Below are positions 9,820 through 19,853 of a stretch of DNA of 64,000 nucleotides, one piece after another. Position 1 is the stretch's first letter. Every line of letters starts with the position of its first letter. The notes under the pieces are model-generated. The model was not told the origin of the DNA, did not search any database, and saw nothing but the letters and a program-made list of their open reading frames with translations. The stretch is from Methanobacteriota archaeon (lineage in GTDB: Archaea > Thermoplasmatota > E2 > DHVEG-1), in contig CAVYNH010000007.1 in the NCBI GenBank assembly GCA_963769885.1, positions 500,163 to 564,162 on the forward strand. The letters run 5' to 3'. Position numbers and translations under genes: made by a program.

Positions 9820-10965
9820 ATGATTGGAAATCCTATTGTTAGGAAACATTTGGCGGTTGGAATCATTCTCTTGTTTGTTGGGGCTTGTGTCGTTCCAGTG
9901 ATTGCACAAGATCCTGAAAAACCACTACCGACATCAAGAGGCGATTGGGTATATGTTGGTGGGAGTGGACCTGGGAACTACTCAAAGATTCAGGATGCGA
10001 TCAATAATTCTTCAAGTGGAGGCACCATTTACGTCTTTCATGGTACCTATCATGAGGCAATCACGATCACTGTTTGGAATCTGACGATAATCGGAGAAGG
10101 TAGAGACGTTACAATCATTGATGAGAACTGGACCGATGCCGCGGTGGTGATCGAAAAAAGTTGCGTGAGCCTCCGTGGGTTCACCATCACAGGGAAGAAG
10201 GACGGTATTTATGTTCATGGGGAATTAACCACCATAACGGTTTCTGACAATAATTTTACACAAAATTACTGTGGCGTTGAGTTTCAATACGATTGGGATA
10301 ACTATGATAATGTCATAGAGAACAATATTTTTTATTCAAATCACTGTGGGATTTATTTCGTAAGCGATCTCTGGTTCAATACCATTAGAAACAACTCATT
10401 CATCAATAATTTTGATGGTATGGAAATCAGTGGAAACAATATCAGAGTACTGAATAACACATTTCTGAATTGTCAGGGGAGTGGCATTTCCCTTTATGGC
10501 GGACCATCGATGGTTGAAGGTAATATTTTTACTAAAAATAACATGGGAGTATCTGGTGGTGGTCTGGAACAAACAATTTCTGGAAATCTATTTATTGAAA
10601 ATGATATCGGTCTGAATCTTGGTGGCTCAGGACATACTATCACTGGAAATGTCTTTGAGAATAATTCACTTGGCGTGAGAGTATCTGGTTCCAATACAAA
10701 GGTGAATCAAAACAATTTCATACAGAACGGCAAACACGCACAGTTTGCTGAAGAAAACCGATCGAATGGGAATAACTGGGACAACAATTATTGGAGCGAT
10801 TCATTCCACTTTTTTGGTTACAAGTGCATTTTTGGGAAGATGCACACAAAAATACCAAGGCTTTTACAATTTGATCCATTCAGTACTACCTATTTTTGGA
10901 TTGGATGGATCAACTTCGACAGGCATCCCGCACAAGAACCCTATAGTATTCCAGAAATGAATTGA
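9820..10965 (+). CDS. Secreted NosD-like right-handed parallel beta-helix protein (cassette 2 cargo)
   Basis: Signal peptide, YVGGSGPGNYSKIQDAI, GTYHE, Asn-ladder repeats, NNWDNNYWSD, NFDRHPAQEPY. Confidence 0.9.
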   Translation: MIGNPIVRKHLAVGIILLFVGACVVPVIAQDPEKPLPTSRGDWVYVGGSGPGNYSKIQDAINNSSSGGTIYVFHGTYHEAITITVWNLTIIGEGRDVTIIDENWTDAAVVIEKSCVSLRGFTITGKKDGIYVHGELTTITVSDNNFTQNYCGVEFQYDWDNYDNVIENNIFYSNHCGIYFVSDLWFNTIRNNSFINNFDGMEISGNNIRVLNNTFLNCQGSGISLYGGPSMVEGNIFTKNNMGVSGGGLEQTISGNLFIENDIGLNLGGSGHTITGNVFENNSLGVRVSGSNTKVNQNNFIQNGKHAQFAEENRSNGNNWDNNYWSDSFHFFGYKCIFGKMHTKIPRLLQFDPFSTTYFWIGWINFDRHPAQEPYSIPEMN

Positions 10966-10978
10966 TTGATACTCATCC

Positions 10979-11023
10979 GTCAATCATCGTCGTGCCGTTA
11001 AACCAGGGTTCAAATCCCTTCCC
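10979..11023 (+). repeat. att-like unit 2: 27-bp arm plus tRNA-Leu 3'-end match
   Basis: AGGGTTCAAATCCCTTCCC (11005-11023) equals 8692-8710; arm is 19/27 identical to unit 1 at the same spacing. Confidence 0.9.
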
Positions 11024-11075
11024 TCTCATTTTTTTCCTGCGATGCATCCTGAGAACAGAAAACTTTAAATATGAA

Positions 11076-11137
11076 ATGTTATATATACATAACATATTGT
11101 TATAGATAAATAATAAAATGTTATCACCAACACACAT
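11076..11137 (+). promoter_or_regulatory. Three tandem operator-like palindromes (TGTTAT-N6-ATAACA consensus) downstream of TATA TTTAAATA
   Basis: TGTTAT at 11077, 11098 and 11119; first copy is the perfect palindrome ATGTTAT-ATATAC-ATAACAT; an XRE HTH gene lies downstream. Confidence 0.7.
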
Positions 11138-11155
11138 TGAAAAGAGGTGAAATGC

Positions 11156-11560
11156 ATGAAAGAAAAATTAGAAATGATCACGGGGCTGATAATAGTAATT
11201 GTCGTGTTCCTGACACTTCTCATCTATGCCATGAACATCGGAATATTAGATATGGAAAAATTTGGATTATTTGTCATCGCCATTCTGCTAGTGTCGGCAG
11301 TCCTCTACATCCTCTGGGATCGAGCAAAAAACGTAAGAAAAGGACTGCCAGCGAAGGACGAACGGCTAATAAATATCACCTACAAGGCTGGACATAACGG
11401 ATTTATCGCAGCAACACTCAGCAGCGTTTTCGCCCCAGTGCTCTCAAGCATTCTCCTCAATCGAGAACTCGAGGGCCACCATGTGACCAGCATCGTGGTT
11501 CTTGTTTCAGGCTTTGTCTTCATTGTATCATATTTGCTTCTGGCGAGGAGAGGGAAGTAG
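11156..11560 (+). CDS. DUF2178-like membrane protein (cassette 3)
   Basis: Four TM helices, DER...I..KAG motif, SD GAGGTGA. Confidence 0.8.
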   Translation: MKEKLEMITGLIIVIVVFLTLLIYAMNIGILDMEKFGLFVIAILLVSAVLYILWDRAKNVRKGLPAKDERLINITYKAGHNGFIAATLSSVFAPVLSSILLNRELEGHHVTSIVVLVSGFVFIVSYLLLARRGK

Positions 11561-11563
11561 CCT

Positions 11564-11761
11564 ATGAAAACACGCATCAAGGAACTCCGGGCGCGATACG
11601 ATCTCACCCAAGAGGACCTTGCGAAGAAAGTAGGAGTCCGACGAGAAACAATCCTCTTCATAGAGAAGGGAAACTACAATCCCTCACTCCAACTAGCCCA
11701 CGATATCGCACAAGCCTTGCAGACAACCATCGATGACTTGTTTCTATTTGACGATAAATAA
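11564..11761 (+). CDS. XRE/Cro-family HTH transcriptional regulator
   Basis: [40 protein letters not shown]. Confidence 0.95.
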   Translation: MKTRIKELRARYDLTQEDLAKKVGVRRETILFIEKGNYNPSLQLAHDIAQALQTTIDDLFLFDDK

Positions 11762-11774
11762 GAGAAGCGCCATC

Positions 11775-11819
11775 GTCACCTCTTGTCATGCTGAAAATCT
11801 GGGGGTCAAATCCTTTTCC
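11775..11819 (+). repeat. att-like unit 3 (degenerate arm plus degenerate tRNA-Leu 3' end)
   Basis: GGGGTCAAATCCTTTTCC has 3 mismatches to GGGTTCAAATCCCTTCCC; GTCA begins exactly 27 bp upstream as in units 1 and 2. Confidence 0.75.
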
Positions 11820-11898
11820 TTGAGCTTATCTATTTTTTCTTCGCTGAGAAGCACGGTACATTTTAATATCTTCAACCAATAACGACGGGGAGAAAAAG

Positions 11899-12618
11899 AT
11901 GGATTCTGATATGAACCAAGAAAGGACGAAAAAGCCAAGAATCACGAAGAAAATCGCGATCGCGGGCGGGACTCTTCTGATTCTAGGAATGTTATCATGT
12001 GCTGGAGCCGCGTCCGTCTTTGCCTACAACCTCGGAACGGATAGCGAAGGCTATGCCTACAGCAACGTGTACCATGTGAATACCTCCGCGTACACCTTCG
12101 CCTTGTACATGAACGAATACAAGCTCTCGGCCTGGGGCTTCCTAGGATCCTCGAACATTGCCCAGATGAAATTCATCGCACAACCAACCAACTCAAAAGA
12201 CCTCTTCGTCGGCATTGCGACAACCTCGGCAAGCCAGGCCTACCGCCAGAGCTTCGAGTGCGAGATACCCACGTGGTGGCACTGGTGGGCCGAGCCGTAC
12301 TACGCGGAGATCTTCATCAACACCACCGCCATCGATGGCACCGGCGCGCCGCAGCTCCCCCAGGGCCAGACGTTCTGGCTCGCGTCAGCCCATTCGAACT
12401 CCACCGCGACGATGACCTATCTTCCACTACATGAGCAGCATATCTGGTTCGTGATGAACCTCGACGGCTCACAAAACGTGTCGGCCGACATCCAACTCGC
12501 GTTCCGCTCACCGATTCTCACCATCCTCCCCTACATCCTAGTTCCGATGGGGATTGTTCTGCTCGGGGCCGGCGTATATCTCCTCAGAATGAGAAAACGC
12601 AAGAGCGAAGTCCGCTAG
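11899..12618 (+). CDS. Membrane-anchored hypothetical protein (N- and C-terminal TM)
   Basis: 239-aa ORF; DSEGY motif, VMNLDGS..V.AD, C-terminal TM plus basic tail. Confidence 0.8.
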   Translation: MDSDMNQERTKKPRITKKIAIAGGTLLILGMLSCAGAASVFAYNLGTDSEGYAYSNVYHVNTSAYTFALYMNEYKLSAWGFLGSSNIAQMKFIAQPTNSKDLFVGIATTSASQAYRQSFECEIPTWWHWWAEPYYAEIFINTTAIDGTGAPQLPQGQTFWLASAHSNSTATMTYLPLHEQHIWFVMNLDGSQNVSADIQLAFRSPILTILPYILVPMGIVLLGAGVYLLRMRKRKSEVR

Positions 12619-13496
12619 TGCTCGCAGCGCGCACCGCTTGCACACCGGTCACACTCCGCCTGGATCACCGAGTGCGTGATGTTGTACTTCACCTTGAGCA
12701 TCTCATTGATCTGTCCGATAATCGAGTTCAAGGCGTTCACATCCTCGGTGTCGATGACGATATGCGAGCTTAAGGCGCAGACATCGGATGCGATACTCCA
12801 GATATGCAGGTCATGGATCTCCTTCACCCGAGGAATCCTGCGGATATCATCGGAGACCTGCTGCAAATCGATATTCTTGGGGACCGCCTCCATCAGGATG
12901 CGCACCGACTCCCGGATGAGACCCAGACAATTCACCAGGATGAACACCCCAATGGCTGCGCTCACGATCGGATCGAAAATATAATTCCCGGTCAGGATGA
13001 TGAGAGCCCCCCCACACACGACACCGACCGAGGAAATCGTGTCGCTGAGGACATGCAGGTACGCACCCCGCACGTTGAGGTTCTCCCGCTCATCCCCATG
13101 CATCTTAATCACGACATAAAGGTTCGCCGCTAGACCAACCACCGCAATGACAAACATCTCAGGCCCGTTGATCGGCTGCGGGGTACGGAACCGCAGATAC
13201 GACTCATAGAAGATCAGGATGGTCAGCAGGAACAATACGATGGCGTTCGCCATCGCCGCGAGAATCTCAGCCCGATAATACCCATACGTGAACTGCTGCG
13301 TCGTCCCTCTCCTCGCGAGACGCAGCGCAAAATACGCGAGCAGCAACGCAAGCAGGTCGATGAGGACATGCCCCGCATCGCTGAAGAGCGCCAGACTGTT
13401 GGTGATGACGCCGCCAGCGACCTCCATGAGCAGGACGAACAGGGACAGCCAGATGAAAACCCGGAACTTCTTCTGGATGGCATCCCGCTGCATCAT
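12615..13496 (-). CDS. Cation diffusion facilitator (CzcD/ZitB-like Zn/Co/Cd exporter)
   Basis: SLALFSDAGH..D, TYGYYRAE, NVRGAYLHVLSD, HDLHIW. Confidence 0.95.
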   Translation of the reverse strand: MMQRDAIQKKFRVFIWLSLFVLLMEVAGGVITNSLALFSDAGHVLIDLLALLLAYFALRLARRGTTQQFTYGYYRAEILAAMANAIVLFLLTILIFYESYLRFRTPQPINGPEMFVIAVVGLAANLYVVIKMHGDERENLNVRGAYLHVLSDTISSVGVVCGGALIILTGNYIFDPIVSAAIGVFILVNCLGLIRESVRILMEAVPKNIDLQQVSDDIRRIPRVKEIHDLHIWSIASDVCALSSHIVIDTEDVNALNSIIGQINEMLKVKYNITHSVIQAECDRCASGARCEH

Positions 13497-13553
13497 GCAA
13501 CGCAGTAAGTGCTCGCCCGTATTAATAGGATACCGTACCCAGACAAACGCTGC

Positions 13554-15491
13554 TTATCCACCGACGCCAAGCGACTGCCGCAGCCGGTTCATCCGGTCCC
13601 GCAGCTGAATCGCCGTCTCAAAATCGAGATTATCCGCGGCCTTCCGCATCTCCAGCTCCAAATCTACCAGCACCGCCGGGATCTCCCGCTTCGGGATATG
13701 CTTCACGTCCTTGACCTCCACCGCCTTCTCCTTAATCGGCTTCACAATCGTCGTCGGAACGATCCCATGCACCCGGTTATGCTCCAGCTGCAGGCTGCGC
13801 CGCCGCTCCGTCTCCTCAAGCGCCTGACGCATCGACTCCGTCACCGTATCCGCATACAACACCACCCGCGCATGCACGTTGCGCGCCGCCCGACCGATAA
13901 TCTGAATCAGACTGCTCCCATCACGCAGGAATCCCTCCTTATCCGCATCCAAGATCCCGATGAACCCCACCTCCGGGATGTCGATGCCCTCACGCAAGAG
14001 GTTGATCCCCACGAGCACGTCGAACTTCCCCAACCGCAGCTCCCGGATGATCTCCGAGCGCTCCAGCGTATCGATCTCCGCATGCAGATACCGCGTCCGG
14101 ATTTCCTGCTCAGAGAGGTACTCCGCAAGCTCCTCGGCCAGCCGCTTCGTCAACGTCGTCACTAACACCCGATCCCCACGCCCGATCGCCCCATGGATCT
14201 CCCCGATCAAATCCCGCATCTGCCCCTGCGACGGCCGCACCTCCACCGGCGGATCCACCAGCCCCGTCGGCCGGATAATCTGCTCCACGATCTGCGCGGA
14301 CCGCGCCAGCTCATACGCCGCCGGCGTCGCCGACACGAAGATCACCTGCCGCATGTACTCCTCGAACTCCTCGAACCGCAACGGCCGATTATCGAACGCA
14401 CTCGGCAGACGAAACCCGTACTCCACCAACGCGTCCTTCCGCGACCGCTCCCCATTGTACATCCCATGGATCTGCGGCAACGTCCGATGACTCTCATCGA
14501 TGAACAACAGGAAATCCGACGGGAAATAATCCAACAGACAATACGGCTTCTCCCCCGCCGCACGCCCATCGAAATACCGCGAGTAATTCTCAATCCCCTT
14601 GCACGACCCCGTCTCCTCGATCATCTCCAAATCATACATCGTCCGCTGCCGCAGCCGATACGCCCGGATGTCATCCAACGCCGGCAGCCGCTCCTCAAGC
14701 TCCCGGCGTATCCCCTTCACCGCCTCCACAACCCGCTCCTGCGGGATCACGAAATGCTTCGCCGGAAACAACACCAGATGCGAGAACTGGTCAAGCATCT
14801 GCCCCGACGTCTTCTCCAATTCCCGGATCGACTCAATCGTATCCCCAAACAACTCAAACCGAATAATGTTCTGCGCATACCCCGGGACCACATCCACGGT
14901 ATCCCCCTTCACCCGGAAACAGCCAGCCTTCAAATCAACATCATTCCGATCATACTGCATGTCGACGAGCCGACGCAAAAACCCCCGCCGACCAATCTCC
15001 TGACCCACGGAAAAATCCGTGCCCAACCCCGCATAATCCTTCGGATTCCCCACATTATAGATACACGACACCGACGCGACCACGATCACGTCCTGACGAG
15101 ACAACAGCGACGCCGTCGCTGCCAGCCGCATCTGCTCGATCTTCGGATTCACATCCGCATCCTTCTCGATATACAGATCCTTGGACGGGATGTACGACTC
15201 CGGCTGATAATAATCATAATACGAGACGAAATACTCCACCCGATTCCCCGGGAAAAACTCCTTGAACTCGCTATACAACTGCGCTGCCAGCGTCTTATTA
15301 TGCGCGACCACTAACGCCGGCCGCTGCAGCTGCTGAATCATGTTCGCCATGGTGAACGTCTTCCCTGACCCCGTGACCCCAAGCAGCGTCTGCGCCGACA
15401 GCCCCCTCCGACACCCATCGACGAGCTTCGCAATCGCCTCCGGCTGCGAGCCCTTCGGCGAAAACGGCGTCTTCAGCGCAAACCCGGTCAC
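13554..15491 (-). CDS. uvrB: Excinuclease ABC subunit B
   Basis: GVTGSGKT, HNKTLAAQL, YYDYYQPE, DESH, GRAARN, C-terminal UVR motif. Confidence 0.98.
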   Translation of the reverse strand: MTGFALKTPFSPKGSQPEAIAKLVDGCRRGLSAQTLLGVTGSGKTFTMANMIQQLQRPALVVAHNKTLAAQLYSEFKEFFPGNRVEYFVSYYDYYQPESYIPSKDLYIEKDADVNPKIEQMRLAATASLLSRQDVIVVASVSCIYNVGNPKDYAGLGTDFSVGQEIGRRGFLRRLVDMQYDRNDVDLKAGCFRVKGDTVDVVPGYAQNIIRFELFGDTIESIRELEKTSGQMLDQFSHLVLFPAKHFVIPQERVVEAVKGIRRELEERLPALDDIRAYRLRQRTMYDLEMIEETGSCKGIENYSRYFDGRAAGEKPYCLLDYFPSDFLLFIDESHRTLPQIHGMYNGERSRKDALVEYGFRLPSAFDNRPLRFEEFEEYMRQVIFVSATPAAYELARSAQIVEQIIRPTGLVDPPVEVRPSQGQMRDLIGEIHGAIGRGDRVLVTTLTKRLAEELAEYLSEQEIRTRYLHAEIDTLERSEIIRELRLGKFDVLVGINLLREGIDIPEVGFIGILDADKEGFLRDGSSLIQIIGRAARNVHARVVLYADTVTESMRQALEETERRRSLQLEHNRVHGIVPTTIVKPIKEKAVEVKDVKHIPKREIPAVLVDLELEMRKAADNLDFETAIQLRDRMNRLRQSLGVGG

Positions 15492-17038
15492 GACAAGACC
15501 TCCTTACGGTGAACCACATGGTGATACGCGACCGCGAACCGATGCGCCTCATCCCGCATCCCCTGCAGCGCCTGCAACGCCCGATCAGACCTTGGCAGCC
15601 GAAGCGGCGCCCCCATCCCTGGTAGATAGAGTTCCTCCTCACGCTTCGCCAAGGACACGACCGGGATATGCACATCCAGCTTGCGCAGTTCACTCAGCGC
15701 CGCGTTCAACTGGCCGCGCCCGCCGTCAATAACCAAGAGCTGCGGGAACTCTGCCTCCTCCATCTTCAACCGGGAATACCGTCGACGGACAACCTCCGCT
15801 ATCGCCGCAGTGTCATCAATACTCTCGACGGTGCGAATGCGGAACCGCCGGTAGTTGCTCTTATCAGGGCGACCGTTACGGAACTGAACGAGGGAGCCGA
15901 CCATCGCCGTCCCTGAAATATGGGAGATGTCGATGCATTCCATCACCATGGGGATCTCGTGCAGCTGTAGTCGCTTCTTTACTTCCTGCAGCTTTCCGAT
16001 GTCTCCGAAGAACCCAAGCTCGATGTTCTTCTCCACTAGCCGTACCAGCTGGCGTTTCGCTCCTCGCCGGGGGATGGTGATCGTGACTTTGGTGCCGCGC
16101 TGGCTTGAGAGGAACCCGACCATGGACTCTGAGATTGCCCGGGGGACGATGAGTTCCCGGGGAATCGGGTTGTCCGAATAATACTGGACGAGGAACTCGT
16201 CAAGGAAATCAAGGGAGACCGGGAAGACAAACTCGTTCTTGTTCCACAGTGTTCCCTTGTAGATATTGAAGAGCATCAAATAGACGGTATCGTTGCGAAC
16301 CACGTAGTTCAGGATGTCTTCGTTGTAGTGACGCTGGCGGACCATATTTTGCCGTTCGCGAAGATGATCGATGGCGTCTCGTTCCTTATGGACGATGAGC
16401 GCTTTCTCATACTGCATTGTCTGTGAATACTTGGCCATCTCCGTGTCAAGCGTATGGAGTAGCTCGTCGACATGGCCTTCCAACAGGAGGCTGATCTTCT
16501 CGATTTTCTGTTGATACTCGTCTTTGGAGACGAGCCCGGCGCAGGGGGCGTCGCAGAGCTTGATATGGTACCGCAGACACGGCTTCTTTGGGAGTCTCGA
16601 GCAGGTCCGCAGAGGGAAGGCATGTTTGATGAACCAGAGGATGTAGTCGCGTTCGGCGGCGGAGACGAACGGGCCGTAGTACCGGCCTTTCTCGTTTTTC
16701 TGCCGTGCGATCAGGACCCGGGGGTACTCCTCATCCGTAATCCTGATGAAGGCGTAGGTCTTAGCGTCCCGCAGGTTGATGTTGTACTTCGGCTGGTGTT
16801 TTTTGATGAGGGTGTTTTCGAGGATGAAGGCTTCGACTTCGGTGTCGGTGAGGATGTAGTCGACGTCCCTGATCCGGTCGACGAGCTGGCTGGTCTTGGG
16901 ATCGTGGATGGTTTTTTGGAAGTAGCTGGCGACGCGCTTGCGCAGGTTGCTGGCCTTGCCGATGTAGATGATGGTGCCGGCGGCGTCTTTGAAGAGGTAG
17001 CAGCCGGGGCTGGTCGGGAGGGTAGGGAGGCTAGGCAT
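15488..17038 (-). CDS. uvrC: Excinuclease ABC subunit C (short form without C-terminal HhH)
   Basis: GIY-YIG domain (PGCYLF..IYIGKA), Cys cluster, DISH, DGGRGQL, RDEAHRFA. Confidence 0.96.
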   Translation of the reverse strand: MPSLPTLPTSPGCYLFKDAAGTIIYIGKASNLRKRVASYFQKTIHDPKTSQLVDRIRDVDYILTDTEVEAFILENTLIKKHQPKYNINLRDAKTYAFIRITDEEYPRVLIARQKNEKGRYYGPFVSAAERDYILWFIKHAFPLRTCSRLPKKPCLRYHIKLCDAPCAGLVSKDEYQQKIEKISLLLEGHVDELLHTLDTEMAKYSQTMQYEKALIVHKERDAIDHLRERQNMVRQRHYNEDILNYVVRNDTVYLMLFNIYKGTLWNKNEFVFPVSLDFLDEFLVQYYSDNPIPRELIVPRAISESMVGFLSSQRGTKVTITIPRRGAKRQLVRLVEKNIELGFFGDIGKLQEVKKRLQLHEIPMVMECIDISHISGTAMVGSLVQFRNGRPDKSNYRRFRIRTVESIDDTAAIAEVVRRRYSRLKMEEAEFPQLLVIDGGRGQLNAALSELRKLDVHIPVVSLAKREEELYLPGMGAPLRLPRSDRALQALQGMRDEAHRFAVAYHHVVHRKEVLS

Positions 17039-19853
17039 AGACCTCGACGGGGCGGAGGACGGCTTTGAGGATGCGGCCGGTGTAGCTGCGTTGGTTTCGT
17101 GAGACTTCTTCGGGTGTGCCTTCGGCGACGATCTCTCCGCCATGGTCGCCTCCTTCGGGGCCGAGGTCGATGATGTGGTCCGCGATTTTGATGACTTCCA
17201 TGTTGTGTTCGATGATGACGACGGTGTTGCCTTTGTCGACGAGGTGGTTGAGGACGTCGTTGAGTTTCTTGACGTCGTGGAAGTGCAGGCCTGTCGTTGG
17301 TTCGTCGAGGAGGTAGAGGGTGCGTCCGGTGTCGCGTTTGGCGAGTTCTCTGGTGAGTTTGATGCGTTGGGCTTCGCCGCCTGAGAGCGTGGTGGCGCTC
17401 TGGCCGAGTTTGATGTAGCCGAGGCCGACGTCCACGAGGGTCTGTAGTTTCTTGCGGATGGCGGGGATGTGTGTGAAGAGGTCGAGGTTTTCTTCGACGC
17501 TCATGGCGAGGACGTCGGCGATGGATTTGCCTTTGTAGGTGACTTCGAGGGTCTCTTTGTTGTAGCGTTTGCCTTTGCAGTCTTCGCATTCGACGTAGAT
17601 GTCGGGGAGGAAGTTCATCTCGATTTTGATGAGGCCGTCGCCTTGGCAGGCTTCGCAGCGGCCGCCGTGGACATTGAAGGAGAAGCGGCCGGGGGTGTAG
17701 CCGCGGATCTTGGCTTCTTGGGTCTGGGCGAAGACGGATCTGATCTCGTCGAAGATCTTAGTGTAGGTCGCGGGGTTGCTGCGGGGGGTGCGGCCGATGG
17801 GGCTTTGGTCGATGACGATGACCTTGTCGATGGGGGTGTCGCAGGTGATGGTGTCGTGTTTGCCGGGCTGGTCTTTGGATTCGTGGAGTTGGCGCATGAG
17901 GCCTTTGTAGAGGATCTCGTAGACGAGGGTGGATTTGCCGCTGCCCGAGACTCCGGTGATGACGGTGAGGAGGCCGATGGGGATGTTGATGGTGAGGTTT
18001 TTGAGGTTGTTTTCTTTGCAGCCGGTGAGGGTGATGTAGTCGTGGGGCTGACGTCGTGTTTTGGGGATGGGGATGACGAGCTTGTGGGAGAGGTATTTGC
18101 CGGTGAGTGATTTTGGGTTGCGGGCGATCTCTTCCGGTGTTCCTTTGGCGATGACGAAGCCGCCGTGGACGCCGGCGCCTGGTCCCATGTCGATGACGTA
18201 GTCTGCGCTGCGGATGGTTTCTTCGTCGTGTTCGACGACGATGAGGGTGTTGCCTTGGTCGCGGAGTTTGTGGAGGGTGTCGATGAGTTTTTTGTTGTCC
18301 CATTGGTGCAGGCCGACGCTGGGTTCGTCGAGGATGTAGAGAACGCCCATGAGGTTGGAGCCGATTTGGGTGGCGAGGCGGATGCGTTGGGCTTCTCCGC
18401 TGGAGAGGGTCCCGGTGTTGCGGTTGAGGGTGAGGTAGTTGAGGCCGACCCGGTCGAGGAAGTAGAGGCGACTGAGGATTTCTTTGAGGATGAGTCTGGC
18501 GATGTCTTCTTCTTTTTTGGTGAGGGGGAGGTCGTTGAAGAAGTCGATGGCTTGTGTGATGCTCATGGCGGTGGTGTCGTAGATGGATTTGTCGTTGATG
18601 CGGACGGCGAGGACTTTGTCTTTGAGGCGGCGGCCTTTGCAGGCGGGGCAGGGAGAGATTCGCATGAAGCGTTCGAGTTCTTCTCTGCGGTAGGGGGATT
18701 CGGTTTGTTTGTAGAGGCGTTCGGATTGGGGGATGAGGCCTTCCCAGTGGCCTTGGTGGGACCAGTGGGATTCGCCGTTTTTCATGCTGATGTTGTACCG
18801 GATTTGGTCCTCGGATCCGTACATGAGGGCGTGGTATTGGTCGTCGGTGAGGTCTTGGATGGGGGTGAAGAGGTCGTAGCCGAAGTGTTTGGCGACGGCG
18901 CCGAGGTAGTAGTTGCGCCAGCCTTCGCGGGCGGTGCGGTAGAGTTTGATGGCGCCGTCGGCGATGCAGAGGGTTTTGTCGGGGATGATGAGGTCGGGGT
19001 CGAAGTCCATGCGGATGCCGAGGCCGTGGCAGGTTTCGCAGGCGCCGAACGGGCTGTTGAAGCTGAACATGCGGGGTTGGAGTTCTTCGAAGGCGAGGCC
19101 GCAGACGGGGCAGGCGAGTCGGCTGGAGTAGAGGTATTCTTGGTTTTTTTTGTCGAGGACGAGGAGGAGGCCGTCTGATTTTTTGAGGGCGTTTTCGCAG
19201 GCTTCGGTGAGGCGTGTGGTGTCGGTGGGGGTGAGGCGGTCGATGACGACGTCGATGTCGTGCATCTTGTAGCGTTCGAGAGGGATTTTTTCGTCGGTGC
19301 GGATGATGGTTTTGTTGACGCGGGCGCGGGTGTAGCCTTCGGTGTTGAGGTCTTTGAGGAGTTGTTCGTAGGTGCCTTTTTTCTGCCGTATGATGGGGGA
19401 GAGGATGGTGATCATGCCGGTGTGTTCGTTTTGGATGCGGGCGGCGATTTTCTCTGGGGTCTGGGCTTCGATGCGGAGGTTGTGTTCGGGGCAGTGGGGG
19501 CGTCCGATGCGGGCGTAGAGGAGTCTGAGGTAGTCGTAGATTTCGGTGATGGTGCCGACGGTGCTGCGGGGGTTTTTGCTGGTGGTTTTTTGTTCGATGG
19601 AGATTGCGGGTGAGAGGCCTTCGATGGCGTCGACGTCGGGTTTGTTCATGAGGCCGAGGAACTGGCGGGCGTACGCAGACAGTGATTCGACGTAGCGGCG
19701 TTGGCCTTCGGCGTAGATGGTGTCGAAGGCAAGCGTGGATTTGCCGCTACCACTAAGTCCTGTGATGACGATGAATTTGTCTCTGGGGAGCTCGACGGTG
19801 ATGTTTTTAAGGTTGTGTTCGCGGGCTCCTTTGATAATGATGGCTTTTGGCAT
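17031..19853 (-). CDS. uvrA: Excinuclease ABC subunit A
   Basis: GAREHNLKN, two Walker A motifs ([16 protein letters not shown]), zinc fingers, LSGGEAQR. Confidence 0.98.
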   Translation of the reverse strand: MPKAIIIKGAREHNLKNITVELPRDKFIVITGLSGSGKSTLAFDTIYAEGQRRYVESLSAYARQFLGLMNKPDVDAIEGLSPAISIEQKTTSKNPRSTVGTITEIYDYLRLLYARIGRPHCPEHNLRIEAQTPEKIAARIQNEHTGMITILSPIIRQKKGTYEQLLKDLNTEGYTRARVNKTIIRTDEKIPLERYKMHDIDVVIDRLTPTDTTRLTEACENALKKSDGLLLVLDKKNQEYLYSSRLACPVCGLAFEELQPRMFSFNSPFGACETCHGLGIRMDFDPDLIIPDKTLCIADGAIKLYRTAREGWRNYYLGAVAKHFGYDLFTPIQDLTDDQYHALMYGSEDQIRYNISMKNGESHWSHQGHWEGLIPQSERLYKQTESPYRREELERFMRISPCPACKGRRLKDKVLAVRINDKSIYDTTAMSITQAIDFFNDLPLTKKEEDIARLILKEILSRLYFLDRVGLNYLTLNRNTGTLSSGEAQRIRLATQIGSNLMGVLYILDEPSVGLHQWDNKKLIDTLHKLRDQGNTLIVVEHDEETIRSADYVIDMGPGAGVHGGFVIAKGTPEEIARNPKSLTGKYLSHKLVIPIPKTRRQPHDYITLTGCKENNLKNLTINIPIGLLTVITGVSGSGKSTLVYEILYKGLMRQLHESKDQPGKHDTITCDTPIDKVIVIDQSPIGRTPRSNPATYTKIFDEIRSVFAQTQEAKIRGYTPGRFSFNVHGGRCEACQGDGLIKIEMNFLPDIYVECEDCKGKRYNKETLEVTYKGKSIADVLAMSVEENLDLFTHIPAIRKKLQTLVDVGLGYIKLGQSATTLSGGEAQRIKLTRELAKRDTGRTLYLLDEPTTGLHFHDVKKLNDVLNHLVDKGNTVVIIEHNMEVIKIADHIIDLGPEGGDHGGEIVAEGTPEEVSRNQRSYTGRILKAVLRPVEVYA

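Noticed and set aside
8693-11819. tRNA-end repeats as a CRISPR array or as extra tRNA genes
   Set aside because: Spacing is about 1 kb with whole genes between, there are no cas genes, and the copies hold only the T-arm and acceptor 3' part.
13509-19613. Long antisense and alternative-frame ORFs over uvrABC (also over pycAB, the S16 gene and others)
   Set aside because: Shadow ORFs caused by high GC and extreme third-position skew; low-complexity translations with no motifs.
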